Assembly: GCA_007695015.1 (NCBI GenBank)
Contig: REEN01000027.1
Span: forward strand, 4,994-68,993
Origin: Marinilabiliales bacterium
Lineage (GTDB): Bacteria; Bacteroidota; Bacteroidia; Bacteroidales; PUMT01
Length of the DNA: 64,000 nucleotides
Direction: 5' to 3'
Below, piece by piece: positions 39,152 through 49,516 of this stretch. The translations under genes and the position numbers were made by a program. Position 1 is the stretch's first letter, and each line of letters begins with the position of its first letter. The notes under the pieces were generated by a model, which made no database searches, was not told the DNA's origin, and saw only the letters and a list, made by a program, of their open reading frames with translations.

Positions 39152-41995
39152 ATGCCAGAAAATTTGGCTGATGACAGTGGAAAGATACTTATCAGGGGAG
39201 CCAGAGTACACAATCTGAAAAATATCAGTCTCAGCATCCCGAGAGATCAGTTTATTGTGATAACCGGTCTATCTGGCTCGGGCAAATCCTCACTGGCATT
39301 TGACACTCTTTATGCCGAAGGTCAGAGACGTTATGTTGAAAGCCTTTCATCCTACGCACGACAGTTTCTGGGAAGAATAAACAAGCCGGAAGTTGATTTC
39401 ATAAGGGGAATCCCCCCGGCAATAGCAATAGAACAGAAGGTCAATACATCAAATCCCCGCTCAACTGTTGGTACCTCAACGGAGATATATGATTATCTAA
39501 GGCTGCTGTTTGCAAGGATCGGCCGTACAATATCGCCTGTTTCAGGCAAAGAGGTAACAAGGCATAGTGTGAATGATGTGGTAAGTCACATACTGTCACT
39601 GAGGGAGGATACCACGGTGCTGATACTTGCCCCGGTAAAGGTGACTGAGCGAAATTCACTGGAAAGAAACTTCAGGATAAGGCTTCAGCAGGGACTAACC
39701 AGAATTCACTATGACGACCGTACTGAAAAATTGCAGGATATTGTAGATAATTTCGACAGTTTCCAGATACCCGCCAAACTGTTCCTGGTCATTGACAGGC
39801 TCAGGGTAGCTTATGACGGTGATACAAGATCGAGGATTGCCGATTCTGCTGAAACAGCATTTTACGAAGGGAACGGTGAATGCCTGCTGAAAACGGAATA
39901 CGGTGATAACGCAGAGCTGGATTATTTCTCAACCCGCTTTGAGTTGGATGGCATTGACTTTGAAGAGCCGACACAGCACATGTTCAGCTTTAACAACCCC
40001 CTGGGAGCCTGCCCGGTTTGTGAGGGATACGGAAAGATAATTGGAATAGATGAAGATCTTGTCATACCTGACAAGAGCCTGTCGGTGTACAACGACGCTA
40101 TAGCATGCTGGCGAGGTGAAAAAATGAAGAAATGGAAAGAGAGGCTTGTACTAAATGCTTCCAAATTCGACTTTCCGATACATAAACCCTGGTATGAACT
40201 TTCTGACGAACTGCGACAGCTGGTATGGTCAGGTAACAGGTATTTTTACGGACTTCACCGTTTTTTCAAGCATATTGAGAAGAAAAGCTATAAGATACAA
40301 TACAGGGTGATGCTTTCCAGGTACAGGGGACGTACCGTTTGTCATGAATGTAACGGAGCCAGGCTGAAAAGGGAAGCTTCATGGGTTAAAGTCGGGGGTA
40401 TCAGCATCCAGGAACTTGTACAGATGCCCGTGACCAGGCTGGCGGAGTTTTTTGAAGCTATTAGCCTTGACAAACATGAGGAGAAGATCGCCGGCAGAAT
40501 ACTGACCGAAATAAGAAGCCGAACCGGGTTCCTGAAGGAGGTCGGATTGGGCTACCTTACCCTTAACAGGCTCTCTTCCACCCTTTCGGGCGGAGAGTCA
40601 CAGCGAATAAGGCTGGCATCAAGTCTTGGCAGTAACCTCGTAGGATCCCTCTATATTCTTGATGAACCCAGCATCGGTCTTCACCCAAGGGATACCCGTC
40701 TTCTGACTGGTGTGCTGAGACAATTGACCGATTCAGGCAATACTGTTATAGTGGTTGAACATGATGAGGATATAATCAGGTCGTCAGACAGGATCATTGA
40801 CATCGGCCCGCACTCAGGCCATCTTGGCGGTGAGATCATATACAACGGGAAACATGAAATGCTGTCAGGAAACGAGAAAAGTCTCACTGCAGGCTATCTG
40901 AGCGGCAGGATAACCATACCGCTTCCCTCCAGCCGTCTGAAATGGAATGATTATATTGAAATTACAGGAGCCTCCGAAAACAACCTCAAGCTTATTGATG
41001 TCAAATTCCCGCTCAATGTGCTCACTGTCGTTACAGGAGTGAGCGGATCGGGCAAGTCCTCGCTTGTCAGGGGCATTCTTTATCCCGCACTGGGAAGAAT
41101 ACTGGGCAATACGGGCCTGAAACCTGGAAGGTTCGGGAAAATAGCAGGCAACATCAACCGGCTTACCGGTGTCGAGATGATCGATCAGAACCCTATAGGG
41201 AGATCATCCCGGTCAAATCCGGTAACTTATGTCAAGGCGTGGGACGAGATACGCAAACTGTATGCATCTCAAACAGCGGCCAGGATCAACAGGTTCGGTC
41301 CCGGATATTTTTCATTCAACATCGACGGAGGCAGGTGCGAGGAGTGCCAGGGTGAAGGAATTATAAAGGTTGAGATGCAGTTTATGGCAGATGTAACCCT
41401 GATCTGCGAAAGCTGCAATGGCAAAAGATTCAGGGAGGAGGTCCTGGAAGTCCGGTACCGGAATATGAACATACATGACATTCTGGAACTTACGGTCTCT
41501 GAGGCGATCTCTTTCTTCTCTGAGGGAACCGGCAGTACCGAAAAGAAAATAGTTGAAAAGCTCAGGCCCCTTCAGGAAGTCGGGCTGGGCTATATAAAGC
41601 TTGGCCAGTCTTCAAGCACTCTCAGCGGCGGTGAAAGCCAGAGGGTAAAACTGGCATCTTTCCTGGGCAGGGAGAAGGAACAAAAGCCTGTGCTGTTCAT
41701 ATTCGACGAACCGACCACCGGTCTTCATTTCCACGACATAAAAAAACTGCTGAGTGCTTTCAGGGCGCTTACTGACAGGGGAAACAGCCTGGTGGTGGTG
41801 GAACACAACCCGGAGATAATAAAGATGGCGGACTGGATCATTGACCTCGGGCCTGAAGGTGGTGAAGAGGGTGGTAACCTGGTCTTTGAAGGTACACCTG
41901 AAGAGCTCGTTAATTGTGCCGCATCATATACGGGAATATACCTTCAGAACAAGATTGTAAACGGTGGCAGGAGCAATAGCCGCAACCAGCGATAA
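39152..41995 (+). CDS. uvrA: Excinuclease ABC subunit A
   Basis: Two ABC modules (GLSGSGKSS and GVSGSGKSS; LSGGESQR twice). Zn-finger Cys pairs CPVCEGYG, CHECNGAR, CEECQGEG and CESCNGKR. 947 aa. Confidence 0.98.
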   Translation: MPENLADDSGKILIRGARVHNLKNISLSIPRDQFIVITGLSGSGKSSLAFDTLYAEGQRRYVESLSSYARQFLGRINKPEVDFIRGIPPAIAIEQKVNTSNPRSTVGTSTEIYDYLRLLFARIGRTISPVSGKEVTRHSVNDVVSHILSLREDTTVLILAPVKVTERNSLERNFRIRLQQGLTRIHYDDRTEKLQDIVDNFDSFQIPAKLFLVIDRLRVAYDGDTRSRIADSAETAFYEGNGECLLKTEYGDNAELDYFSTRFELDGIDFEEPTQHMFSFNNPLGACPVCEGYGKIIGIDEDLVIPDKSLSVYNDAIACWRGEKMKKWKERLVLNASKFDFPIHKPWYELSDELRQLVWSGNRYFYGLHRFFKHIEKKSYKIQYRVMLSRYRGRTVCHECNGARLKREASWVKVGGISIQELVQMPVTRLAEFFEAISLDKHEEKIAGRILTEIRSRTGFLKEVGLGYLTLNRLSSTLSGGESQRIRLASSLGSNLVGSLYILDEPSIGLHPRDTRLLTGVLRQLTDSGNTVIVVEHDEDIIRSSDRIIDIGPHSGHLGGEIIYNGKHEMLSGNEKSLTAGYLSGRITIPLPSSRLKWNDYIEITGASENNLKLIDVKFPLNVLTVVTGVSGSGKSSLVRGILYPALGRILGNTGLKPGRFGKIAGNINRLTGVEMIDQNPIGRSSRSNPVTYVKAWDEIRKLYASQTAARINRFGPGYFSFNIDGGRCEECQGEGIIKVEMQFMADVTLICESCNGKRFREEVLEVRYRNMNIHDILELTVSEAISFFSEGTGSTEKKIVEKLRPLQEVGLGYIKLGQSSSTLSGGESQRVKLASFLGREKEQKPVLFIFDEPTTGLHFHDIKKLLSAFRALTDRGNSLVVVEHNPEIIKMADWIIDLGPEGGEEGGNLVFEGTPEELVNCAASYTGIYLQNKIVNGGRSNSRNQR

Positions 41996-42015
41996 AATAC
42001 TGATCATGAACCCGG

Positions 42016-42459
42016 TCAACGCGTTGAGAGTCCGAACAGAATTGATACACACCCGCTTGCCGGCTCCCGCCCCGGATTGGGTGAGGACACCTTTACCCAT
42101 ATCATCAGCTGCTGGGAGGCTTCAAGCCGGAAATCCCAGGTTCCCCTGAATTCATTTTCGCTGTTGTCGTACAAAACATTCCGCTGAATATCCATGACCC
42201 TGAACTGAATATCAGGTAATCCATCATCCCCGCAGATAGCGATCCTGTATTCCTGGTCGGCATAGAATGTTTTATAAAGCTCAGCCTCTTCGCCCTCTGT
42301 AAGTATTGCCGCGTGGTAATTACCGTCATGCATGTATCTTTCCAGGTCAACCTTGCAAATCCTCCTGGCAAATGCCTTACATTGTCCCTGTGCCTCAGGG
42401 GAAAAAACGGCAAATAGTATGGCAGCAAAAAAAAGAAAAACCGGAAAACGTCGTATCAT
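42016..42459 (-). CDS. Small exported hypothetical protein (147 aa)
   Basis: Signal peptide MIRRFPVFLFFAAILFAVFSPEAQG from ATG 42459. Four Cys in the mature part. I recognise no family. It starts 13 nt downstream of the preceding lipoprotein gene. Confidence 0.6.
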   Translation of the reverse strand: MIRRFPVFLFFAAILFAVFSPEAQGQCKAFARRICKVDLERYMHDGNYHAAILTEGEEAELYKTFYADQEYRIAICGDDGLPDIQFRVMDIQRNVLYDNSENEFRGTWDFRLEASQQLMIWVKVSSPNPGREPASGCVSILFGLSTR

Positions 42460-42472
42460 CTGATAGCATGTA

Positions 42473-43390
42473 TTAAGAAACAAAACCGGTACGGATCTCC
42501 GTCACCGTCGATTTCAGCTCCCTGAAAACTTCCCTGTCCAATTTCGCATCGGTGGTGGACCTGAGTACTGCAACCCCGTCATCCCTATCCCTGTCTACCT
42601 GTATCGGCGACCGGGTAATCTCAATCTTGTTGAAAATATCTTCAATCCTCCTGACCTCATCCATAAGCGATACCACATCTTCACTGTGACTGTTCTGCCT
42701 TAGAAGAAGCATTACTATTTCAAGCGAAAGCTTCTTGTCAAGGATAATTCGCACCATCCTGCTCTGTTCAATATCATCCTCATCAACCTGGTGAAGGGCC
42801 AGGTAAAGTCCTTCAATCCAGCCGCCGGTAAGCATCATTGCGGCAACCGGTTCCCTGTTGCTTTCCTGAAGAAACGAACTTGAATTCATAAAAGTTTCAG
42901 AAACGATGTCCATTATCACATCACGGTCGTTGATATTTGCTTCAAGCCTCTCCAGGGTCTCACTATCGACAGCATCTATTATCCCGAGATTATCAGCCAG
43001 GCGCTTTGCTGCATTCATATAATCAATGGAGATCTGGGGCTGATCAAAAAGGCTGGCATAACTCAGATCTGTTGTATAAATGCCCAGGTTGACCGCCATA
43101 CTTTTATTGGTCATATAGCGTGATACGTTTTCCACAGGGTTGAGCAGGTCCTCATTGAATACTGCACCGGAAGATCTTAGTATAAGGGCTGTTTCCAGAG
43201 GTGAAGGGAGTGAATAAAATATCTGTCTTACCCGCTCCATATCTTCGCTGTGATCTTCAGGAAGGTCCACTGTGAAGTCCCTGTCCCTGTCCTGCCTCGA
43301 ACAGTTACCGGCACAACCCCCCGAAAGAAAAATGGCTGCTGAGATTGCGAAAAAAGCTATCAGGACCGGTATTTTATTTTTAGACCACAT
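42473..43390 (-). CDS. Hypothetical lipoprotein (305 aa, predicted helical)
   Basis: From ATG 43390 the N-terminus is MWSKNKIPVLIAFFAISAAIFLSGGC, with a lipobox-like LSGGC. The rest is acidic and Leu-rich. I recognise no family. Confidence 0.65.
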   Translation of the reverse strand: MWSKNKIPVLIAFFAISAAIFLSGGCAGNCSRQDRDRDFTVDLPEDHSEDMERVRQIFYSLPSPLETALILRSSGAVFNEDLLNPVENVSRYMTNKSMAVNLGIYTTDLSYASLFDQPQISIDYMNAAKRLADNLGIIDAVDSETLERLEANINDRDVIMDIVSETFMNSSSFLQESNREPVAAMMLTGGWIEGLYLALHQVDEDDIEQSRMVRIILDKKLSLEIVMLLLRQNSHSEDVVSLMDEVRRIEDIFNKIEITRSPIQVDRDRDDGVAVLRSTTDAKLDREVFRELKSTVTEIRTGFVS

Positions 43391-43671
43391 AGATTTACAA
43401 TTGTTAGTTCCTATATCCAAAACCATGCCAATAGAAAGTAAAAGTAATACTTTTTTGGTTTAAAAAAAACCGTGGGGCATGCCCTTATTCAAATGTTCTC
43501 ACGGTATATACAGGTATTTACGGCAGCCGGAAGTGCCTTTTCCGTGGGGCGGGACAATTGAAAATTCTGCTTTTGCGCAAATATGAGAAACTCTATTAGG
43601 CAAAACGATAAATAAGTGTTTATTTTACAGGCCGAAGGGATAGAAATAACAGAATCATATAAAAAGAGACT

Positions 43672-44649
43672 ATGAGAAACAGCGAACAGCAAATGCAATA
43701 CATGATCAGCAGGGCCAGGAAAAATATCAGGAAGATCCTGATCCTGGTCATACTCCTGATCGTGGCCTTCACCTCTGTCAGGACCGTGGGACCTGAGGAG
43801 GAGGGCGTGGTACTGATGTTTGGAAAGTACAACCGGACTGTAGATCCCGGACTAAACTTCATTCTGCCCCTGGGCCTTGAGAAAATGTACAAGATACCTG
43901 TGCAGAGGCAGTTGAAGCAGGAGTTTGGTTTCCGCACAACCGCTGCCGGTACCCGAAGCCAGTACATCAAAAGCGGGTATGAAGACGAATCAATGATGCT
44001 TACCGGCGATCTGAACCTGGCCGATGTTGAGTGGGTGGTCCAGTACCGGATAGTAAATTCCTTCAACTACCTTTTCCGGGTGAGGGATGCAGAAGATGCC
44101 CTGCATGACATGTCAGAGGCTGCAATGCGGAAGATAGTCGGCGACCGCACGGTGAACGAGGTGCTTACCATTGGGCGCCAGGAGGTGGCAACTACTGTTG
44201 AGGTGCTGCTGCAAAGAATGTGCGACGAGTATGAGAACGGGATACGGATTGACCAGGTTGTACTCCAGGATGTAAATCCACCCGAACCCGTTAAACCATC
44301 ATTCAATGAGGTGAATGAGGCGCAGCAGGAAAGGGAAACAATGATCAACCGCGCAGAGTCGGAATACAACAGGGTAATACCCAGGGCAAGGGGTGAAGCC
44401 GAGGAGACCATCCAGCGTGCTGAAGCTTATGCCCTGAACAGGGTCAACAGGAGTATCGGTGAAGCAGACCGTTTCAATGAACTGTACGAAGAGTATATCC
44501 TTGCACCGGAAGTCACAAGAAAGCGTATATACCTGGAAACCCTGGAGAAGATAATGGCAGCGACCGGCACCAAGATAATAATGGATGAGACCGGAGCAAG
44601 CGTGCTGCCCCTTCTTAACCTTCAACAACAAAAAGAACAGTTACCATGA
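43672..44649 (+). CDS. hflK: FtsH protease modulator HflK (SPFH/band-7)
   Basis: N-terminal TM helix and an SPFH domain (GVVLMFGKYNRTVDPGLNF ... LTGDLNLADVEWVVQYRI). ATGA overlap with the downstream hflC. Confidence 0.9.
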   Translation: MRNSEQQMQYMISRARKNIRKILILVILLIVAFTSVRTVGPEEEGVVLMFGKYNRTVDPGLNFILPLGLEKMYKIPVQRQLKQEFGFRTTAAGTRSQYIKSGYEDESMMLTGDLNLADVEWVVQYRIVNSFNYLFRVRDAEDALHDMSEAAMRKIVGDRTVNEVLTIGRQEVATTVEVLLQRMCDEYENGIRIDQVVLQDVNPPEPVKPSFNEVNEAQQERETMINRAESEYNRVIPRARGEAEETIQRAEAYALNRVNRSIGEADRFNELYEEYILAPEVTRKRIYLETLEKIMAATGTKIIMDETGASVLPLLNLQQQKEQLP

Positions 44650-45584
44650 AGAATAAACATATAATACTGACAATACTGGCTGCAGTGATCCTGATACTGG
44701 GATACCAGAGCATTTTCATACTTGACGAAACTCAACAGGCCATTGTAACACAGTTCGGGAAACCGGTAGGCGGGCCCCGCACCCAGCCCGGCATCAATTT
44801 TAAAACACCCTTCATCCACAAGGTCCAGTATTTTGACAAAAGGTACCTCAAGTGGGATGGTGATCCTAACCAGGTGCCGACACTGGACAAGAAATTCATA
44901 TATGTCGACACATATGCAAGGTGGCAGATTACAGATCCGCTTCAGTTTTTCATAAGGCTCAGGGATGAGAGGTCCGGCCAGTCGCGTCTCGATGATATAC
45001 TGGACGGCGAGACCAGGAATGCAGTGGCGAGCCACGAATTGCTCGATCTGGTCCGTTCCTCCAACAGGGAGCCTGAAGTGTACGAAGATTATCTTGAAGA
45101 GCTGGAGACGCTGGAAGATATAAGTGTGGGAAGAGAGAAGATAGAAGCACTCATACTTGAGAGGGCCAACGCACGGACCGCCGACCTGGGCATAAGGGTG
45201 CTCGATTTCAGGTTTAAGAGGATGAACTATGTTGAAGAGGTTCGCAGAACCGTGTTTGACAGGATGATAAGTGAACGGCAGAGGATAGCCGAACAGTTCA
45301 GGTCAGAGGGTGAAGGAGAAGCCAGGAGAATCGAGGGGAGCAAGGAGCGTGACCTTGCCCAGATACAGTCCGAGGCCTTCAGGGAAGCAGAAGGCATAAG
45401 GGGAAGGGCCGATGCTGAGGCTACCAGAGTATATGCCAGGGCTTACAACCGCAACAGGGCCAGCAGGGACTTGTACTCATTCGTGAGATCCATGGAAACC
45501 CTGGAAAAGTCATTCGATGACAAGACCAGCATCATTTTGTCGACCGACAGCGAACTGCTCAGGTTCCTGAAATCCAGCGAATAA
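44646..45584 (+). CDS. hflC: FtsH protease modulator HflC (SPFH/band-7)
   Basis: N-terminal TM helix and an SPFH domain (QQAIVTQFGKPVG ... PGINFKTPFIHKV). Translationally coupled to hflK. Confidence 0.9.
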   Translation: MKNKHIILTILAAVILILGYQSIFILDETQQAIVTQFGKPVGGPRTQPGINFKTPFIHKVQYFDKRYLKWDGDPNQVPTLDKKFIYVDTYARWQITDPLQFFIRLRDERSGQSRLDDILDGETRNAVASHELLDLVRSSNREPEVYEDYLEELETLEDISVGREKIEALILERANARTADLGIRVLDFRFKRMNYVEEVRRTVFDRMISERQRIAEQFRSEGEGEARRIEGSKERDLAQIQSEAFREAEGIRGRADAEATRVYARAYNRNRASRDLYSFVRSMETLEKSFDDKTSIILSTDSELLRFLKSSE

Positions 45585-45634
45585 CAGCTTCAGCAGGCAA
45601 ATTACTGTTCCCCGAAAGGGGAATAGGCCGGCTG

Positions 45635-46612
45635 TCAGTGAATGCCTGAAAAATATTTCATGAATTGCGACCGCTCATAGACGGACGGATCGGGTATATT
45701 CCTGTAGCTCATCTTGCCCCTGAAGGCATCTACTGAGTCAAACCCCTTTTTTTCCATCCATTCCGACAGTCCCTGTACCAGGGTCCCTGCCTCCTTGAGG
45801 CCGCTCTTGTACAAAAGCGAGCATACCTGTACCGTTTTTGCCCCTGCCAGCAGCTGCTTGACTACCGCCTCCCAGGAATGGACACCCGTTGAGGCAGAGA
45901 TATCAACCAGGCTCACCTTGTCAGACACCAGGGCGGTCCACCGCAGCACATGTCGCAGATCTGAAGGATTGCTGAAGACATCGGCAGAGGTAAGCTTCAT
46001 CCTGTCAATATCGATGTCAGGTTCATAAAAACGGTTAAAGAGAACCACACCGCGGGCACCGAGGGCATAAAGCCGGTCGACCAGGCCCAGCAGATTGGTA
46101 AAATGGTTTCCCAGCTTGATAGCAACGGGTATTTTAAGTATACCGGTCACTTTTGATACCAGGTCGTAATATATATTTTCAAAATCGGCCGGCGGCATGA
46201 ACTTGTCGGTCGGCAAATAATATACATTCAGCTCAAGGGCATCGGCCCCGGCCTCTTCGATACGCCTGGAAAAACTCACCCAGTCGCTTGCTGTAATGCA
46301 GTTAATACTTGCAATCACAGGAATGGAAACGACCTTTTTAGCCTCCTCGATAAGGCTCAGGTAATTTTCAACCGAATTACTTTTGGTATAGTTCCTGATA
46401 TAATCCTCCGCCTCGGGATAATCATGGTTCATGATCAGGCTTCCCGCTTCGTAATTGATCTGTTCCTCAAAAAGCGATTTCAGAACAACAGCTCCTGCGC
46501 CTGCCTCCTCAAGTGTCCTTATCTTTTCGATGCTGGCAGTAAGGCCCGAGCTGCCGGCAATAACAGGGTTCTTTAATTTGATACCCATATAGTTAACTTC
46601 CAGATTTGGCAT
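45635..46612 (-). CDS. Dihydroorotate dehydrogenase-like FMN TIM-barrel protein (non-canonical active site)
   Basis: Class-1 DHOD/DPD-like N-terminus (MGIKLKNPVIAGSSG). Where the catalytic motif ELN(L/I)SCPN is expected, the sequence reads ELNVYYLP. Confidence 0.85.
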   Translation of the reverse strand: MPNLEVNYMGIKLKNPVIAGSSGLTASIEKIRTLEEAGAGAVVLKSLFEEQINYEAGSLIMNHDYPEAEDYIRNYTKSNSVENYLSLIEEAKKVVSIPVIASINCITASDWVSFSRRIEEAGADALELNVYYLPTDKFMPPADFENIYYDLVSKVTGILKIPVAIKLGNHFTNLLGLVDRLYALGARGVVLFNRFYEPDIDIDRMKLTSADVFSNPSDLRHVLRWTALVSDKVSLVDISASTGVHSWEAVVKQLLAGAKTVQVCSLLYKSGLKEAGTLVQGLSEWMEKKGFDSVDAFRGKMSYRNIPDPSVYERSQFMKYFSGIH

Positions 46613-46643
46613 AATTGTAATTATTATTAGTTATTATAATCTA

Positions 46644-47309
46644 TTATTCCCTTTCGCCGAAAATGAGACTTCCTATCCGCACCAGGGTACTCCCCTCCCC
46701 GACGGCAACCTGGTAATCGCCTGACATCCCCATTGAGAGTTCATCAAAATCCTCTGCCCCACTGCCAAGTATATCCTGCAAGTTTCTGAATATTGATGCC
46801 AGCCTTCTGAACTCAGACCTTACCTTAACAACATCTTCAGTAAATGTAGCCATTCCCATCAATCCCCGCAACCGTGCACCGGGATAATCGGCTGCGGAGA
46901 AACCTTCTGCCAGACCGGTAACCTCCTCCTCCGAAAAGCCGAACTTTGTCTCCTCATCTGCTATGTGCACCTGGAGAAGCACGTCAATCACCCGTTTATT
47001 CTTAAGTGCTTCCTTGCTCACTGTCCTCAGAAGCTTTTGCGAGTCGACCGAATGTATAAGTGACACAAATGGTGCGATGTACTTCACTTTGTTGGTCTGA
47101 AGGTGCCCGACCATGTGCCATTCGATATCACCCGGAAGCTCTTCCCTTTTGGCCAGCAGTTCCTGCACCCTGTTCTCTCCCATTAAACGGTGTCCTGATT
47201 TGTAAAGTTCCATGACTTCTCCGGTGGTACGGGTCTTAGTTACTGCAACTATCCGCACGCCATCAGGAAGCTCAGTATGTAACCTCTGTATGTTGGCAGC
47301 AATTTCCAT
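46644..47309 (-). CDS. yggS: YggS-family pyridoxal-phosphate homeostasis protein
   Basis: PLP-Lys context VAVTKTR, HMVGHLQTNK and SMGMSGDY motifs. 221 aa. Confidence 0.93.
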   Translation of the reverse strand: MEIAANIQRLHTELPDGVRIVAVTKTRTTGEVMELYKSGHRLMGENRVQELLAKREELPGDIEWHMVGHLQTNKVKYIAPFVSLIHSVDSQKLLRTVSKEALKNKRVIDVLLQVHIADEETKFGFSEEEVTGLAEGFSAADYPGARLRGLMGMATFTEDVVKVRSEFRRLASIFRNLQDILGSGAEDFDELSMGMSGDYQVAVGEGSTLVRIGSLIFGERE

Positions 47310-47314
47310 ATAAT

Positions 47315-48562
47315 TCAGTCGAGCAAATGCACAACCAGCCCGCTTCTGAGTTTAGGCTCGAACCAGGTTGTCTTGGGCGGCATAATATTGCCGGTATCGG
47401 CAATATCCATAAGCTGCTTCATAGTGACCGGGTAAAGGGCAAAAGCCACTTTCATCTCGCCGCTGTCGACGCGCCTCTTCAGCTCGCCAAGCCCCCTGAT
47501 TCCTCCCACAAAATCAATCCTCTTGTCTGTTCGCAGATCTTTAATGCCCAGTATATTATCCAGTACCAGTTTTGATAGCACTGTAACATCAAGGCAGCCT
47601 ATCGGGTCGGCATCATTGTATGTCCCTTCCCGTGCACTCAGAGCATACCAGCTGCCCTCAAGATACATTGAGAATTCATGTAACCTGCCGGGTTTGTATA
47701 TCTCCTCCCCTTTATCGGTCACAACAAACACTTTTTCAAGCTCCCTGAGAAAGCTCTCCCTTTCCAGTCCGTTAAGATCCTTCACGACCCTGTTGTAATC
47801 TATGATGTTCAGATGGTTGTCAGGAAAGTGAACTGCCAGGAAAAAATTATACTCCTCTCCACCGGTATGATTTGGATTGGCCGATTTTCTCTCGTTACCC
47901 ACCAGTGCAGCTGCAGCGGTTCTGTGATGGCCATCAGCCACATAAGTGCACGGAACCCTGCCGAACAGCTCAACCAGCCGGGTAACCAGTTGCCTCTCAT
48001 CTATCACCCAGAAATGGTGACCCACGCCATCATCGGCGGTAAAATCATATACCGGCACATTATTCCTGGTATAGTTTTTCACTATCTCATCTATCTCCGG
48101 CTCGGACCTGTAGGTAAAAAACACCGGTTCCATATTGGCATTAGTTACCCTCACGTGCCTCATACGATCGGCCTCCTTATCCGGCCTGGTAAGCTCATGC
48201 TTCTTGATCCTGTCGTTCATATAATCTTCAACTCCGGCACACCCTACTAGTCCGTACTGCCTCTTTCCATCCATAGTCTGGGCATATATGTACAGACACT
48301 CCGATTTGTCCTGCAACAGCCATCCTTTTTCACGGAATTTTTCGAGATTGCTCCGTGCAGTATCGTATACCAGCTGGTCATATTCGCCGGTTCCCCGGGG
48401 ACAGTCAATTTCGGGTTTGATTATATGAAGCAAAGAATACGGGTTATCCCTGGCTTCTTCACGGGCTTCTTCAGAATTGAGGACATCATAGGGCCTTGAG
48501 GCTACCTGCCTGGCAATGCCGGAAGGAGGCCGCAACCCCCTGAAAGGTTTCAGTATGGCCAT
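47315..48562 (-). CDS. DUF1015 domain-containing protein
   Basis: Characteristic N-terminus MAILKPFRGLRP...RPYDVL. 415 aa. YVADGHHR motif. Confidence 0.85.
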   Translation of the reverse strand: MAILKPFRGLRPPSGIARQVASRPYDVLNSEEAREEARDNPYSLLHIIKPEIDCPRGTGEYDQLVYDTARSNLEKFREKGWLLQDKSECLYIYAQTMDGKRQYGLVGCAGVEDYMNDRIKKHELTRPDKEADRMRHVRVTNANMEPVFFTYRSEPEIDEIVKNYTRNNVPVYDFTADDGVGHHFWVIDERQLVTRLVELFGRVPCTYVADGHHRTAAAALVGNERKSANPNHTGGEEYNFFLAVHFPDNHLNIIDYNRVVKDLNGLERESFLRELEKVFVVTDKGEEIYKPGRLHEFSMYLEGSWYALSAREGTYNDADPIGCLDVTVLSKLVLDNILGIKDLRTDKRIDFVGGIRGLGELKRRVDSGEMKVAFALYPVTMKQLMDIADTGNIMPPKTTWFEPKLRSGLVVHLLD

Positions 48563-48577
48563 CTTTAAAAAGAGTTT

Positions 48578-49501
48578 TTACTTATTAACCTGGTATTTTG
48601 TTTCGCCGCTTTCAAAAAAATCAACTATCTGCCTGGCTGCAGCAATGCCCGCGTTGATGTTGGCCTCAGCCGTCTGGGCTCCCATCTTTTTGGGTGTAAA
48701 AAAGTACCTGCCCGGATACTTTTCGGCAATTTCACCTGCACAATCAGGCGCCACATCAGTTAAATACTGAAAATCGGGCCTTTCGGCAAACATTCTGAGC
48801 AGCGAGGCCTCGTCCACCACCTCTTTCCTGGCTGCATTAACGAGTACCGCCGGCGCAGGCATCCTTGATAGCAGATCGTAGTTGACAAGGCGCAAAGTTT
48901 CTTTGTTGGCGGGTATGCTCAATGATATGTACTGGCAATTGCTGTAAAGATCCTCTACTGAATCTACAAATTTAACGCCGGCAAAGCTGATCCGGTCCAT
49001 GCCAACCCAACTGCAAAAACCAATCACCTTCATCTGGAGGCCCCGGCCGATCCTGGCAACGTTCATCCCGACATTACCGCATCCGTGTATGCCAATCTTC
49101 TTGCCCCTGAGCTCTGTCCCTGAAGTGCCGTTAAACTGGTTGCGGGCCATATATATCATCATGCCGATTGCGAGTTCGGCAACGGCATTTGAATTCTGGC
49201 CGGGTGTGTTCATAACGACTACACTCTTACCTGTAGATGCTTCAAGATCAATATTGTCATATCCGGCTCCCGCCCTGACCACAACAGCAAGTTTTCGGGC
49301 AGCGTCAAGGACTTCGGCAGTGACAAGGTCACTCCTTACTATAAGTCCATCAACATCTTCTACAGCCCCGATAAGATCAGACTTGTCACTGTAATTTTCA
49401 AGCAGTACCATCTCATATCCTGCTTCCCTGAGAACTCCGGATATGCCTTCAACAGCCTTTTTTGCAAATGGTTTTTCCGTTGCTACCAGTACTTTTCTCA
49501 T
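48578..49501 (-). CDS. serA: D-3-phosphoglycerate dehydrogenase (short form, no ACT domain)
   Basis: D-2-hydroxyacid dehydrogenase fold with NAD motif GIHGCGNVG. 307 aa. It starts 15 nt downstream of serC. Confidence 0.8.
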   Translation of the reverse strand: MRKVLVATEKPFAKKAVEGISGVLREAGYEMVLLENYSDKSDLIGAVEDVDGLIVRSDLVTAEVLDAARKLAVVVRAGAGYDNIDLEASTGKSVVVMNTPGQNSNAVAELAIGMMIYMARNQFNGTSGTELRGKKIGIHGCGNVGMNVARIGRGLQMKVIGFCSWVGMDRISFAGVKFVDSVEDLYSNCQYISLSIPANKETLRLVNYDLLSRMPAPAVLVNAARKEVVDEASLLRMFAERPDFQYLTDVAPDCAGEIAEKYPGRYFFTPKKMGAQTAEANINAGIAAARQIVDFFESGETKYQVNK

Positions 49502-49516
49502 TACAATTCTGTTTTT

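Noticed and set aside
43470-43550. Direct repeat CCGTGGGGC (43470 and 43542) and palindrome GGGCATGCCC (43475-43484) in the lipoprotein / hflK divergent region.
   Set aside because: These are only two copies of a 9-mer and a loop-less palindrome. That is within chance expectation for a 280-nt region, and I see no clear relation to a promoter.
45608-45623. Hairpin TTCCCC-GAAA-GGGGAA between the convergent hflC and DHOD-like genes, considered as a terminator.
   Set aside because: There is no U-tract on either strand. It may still pause or terminate transcription, but it does not meet intrinsic-terminator criteria.
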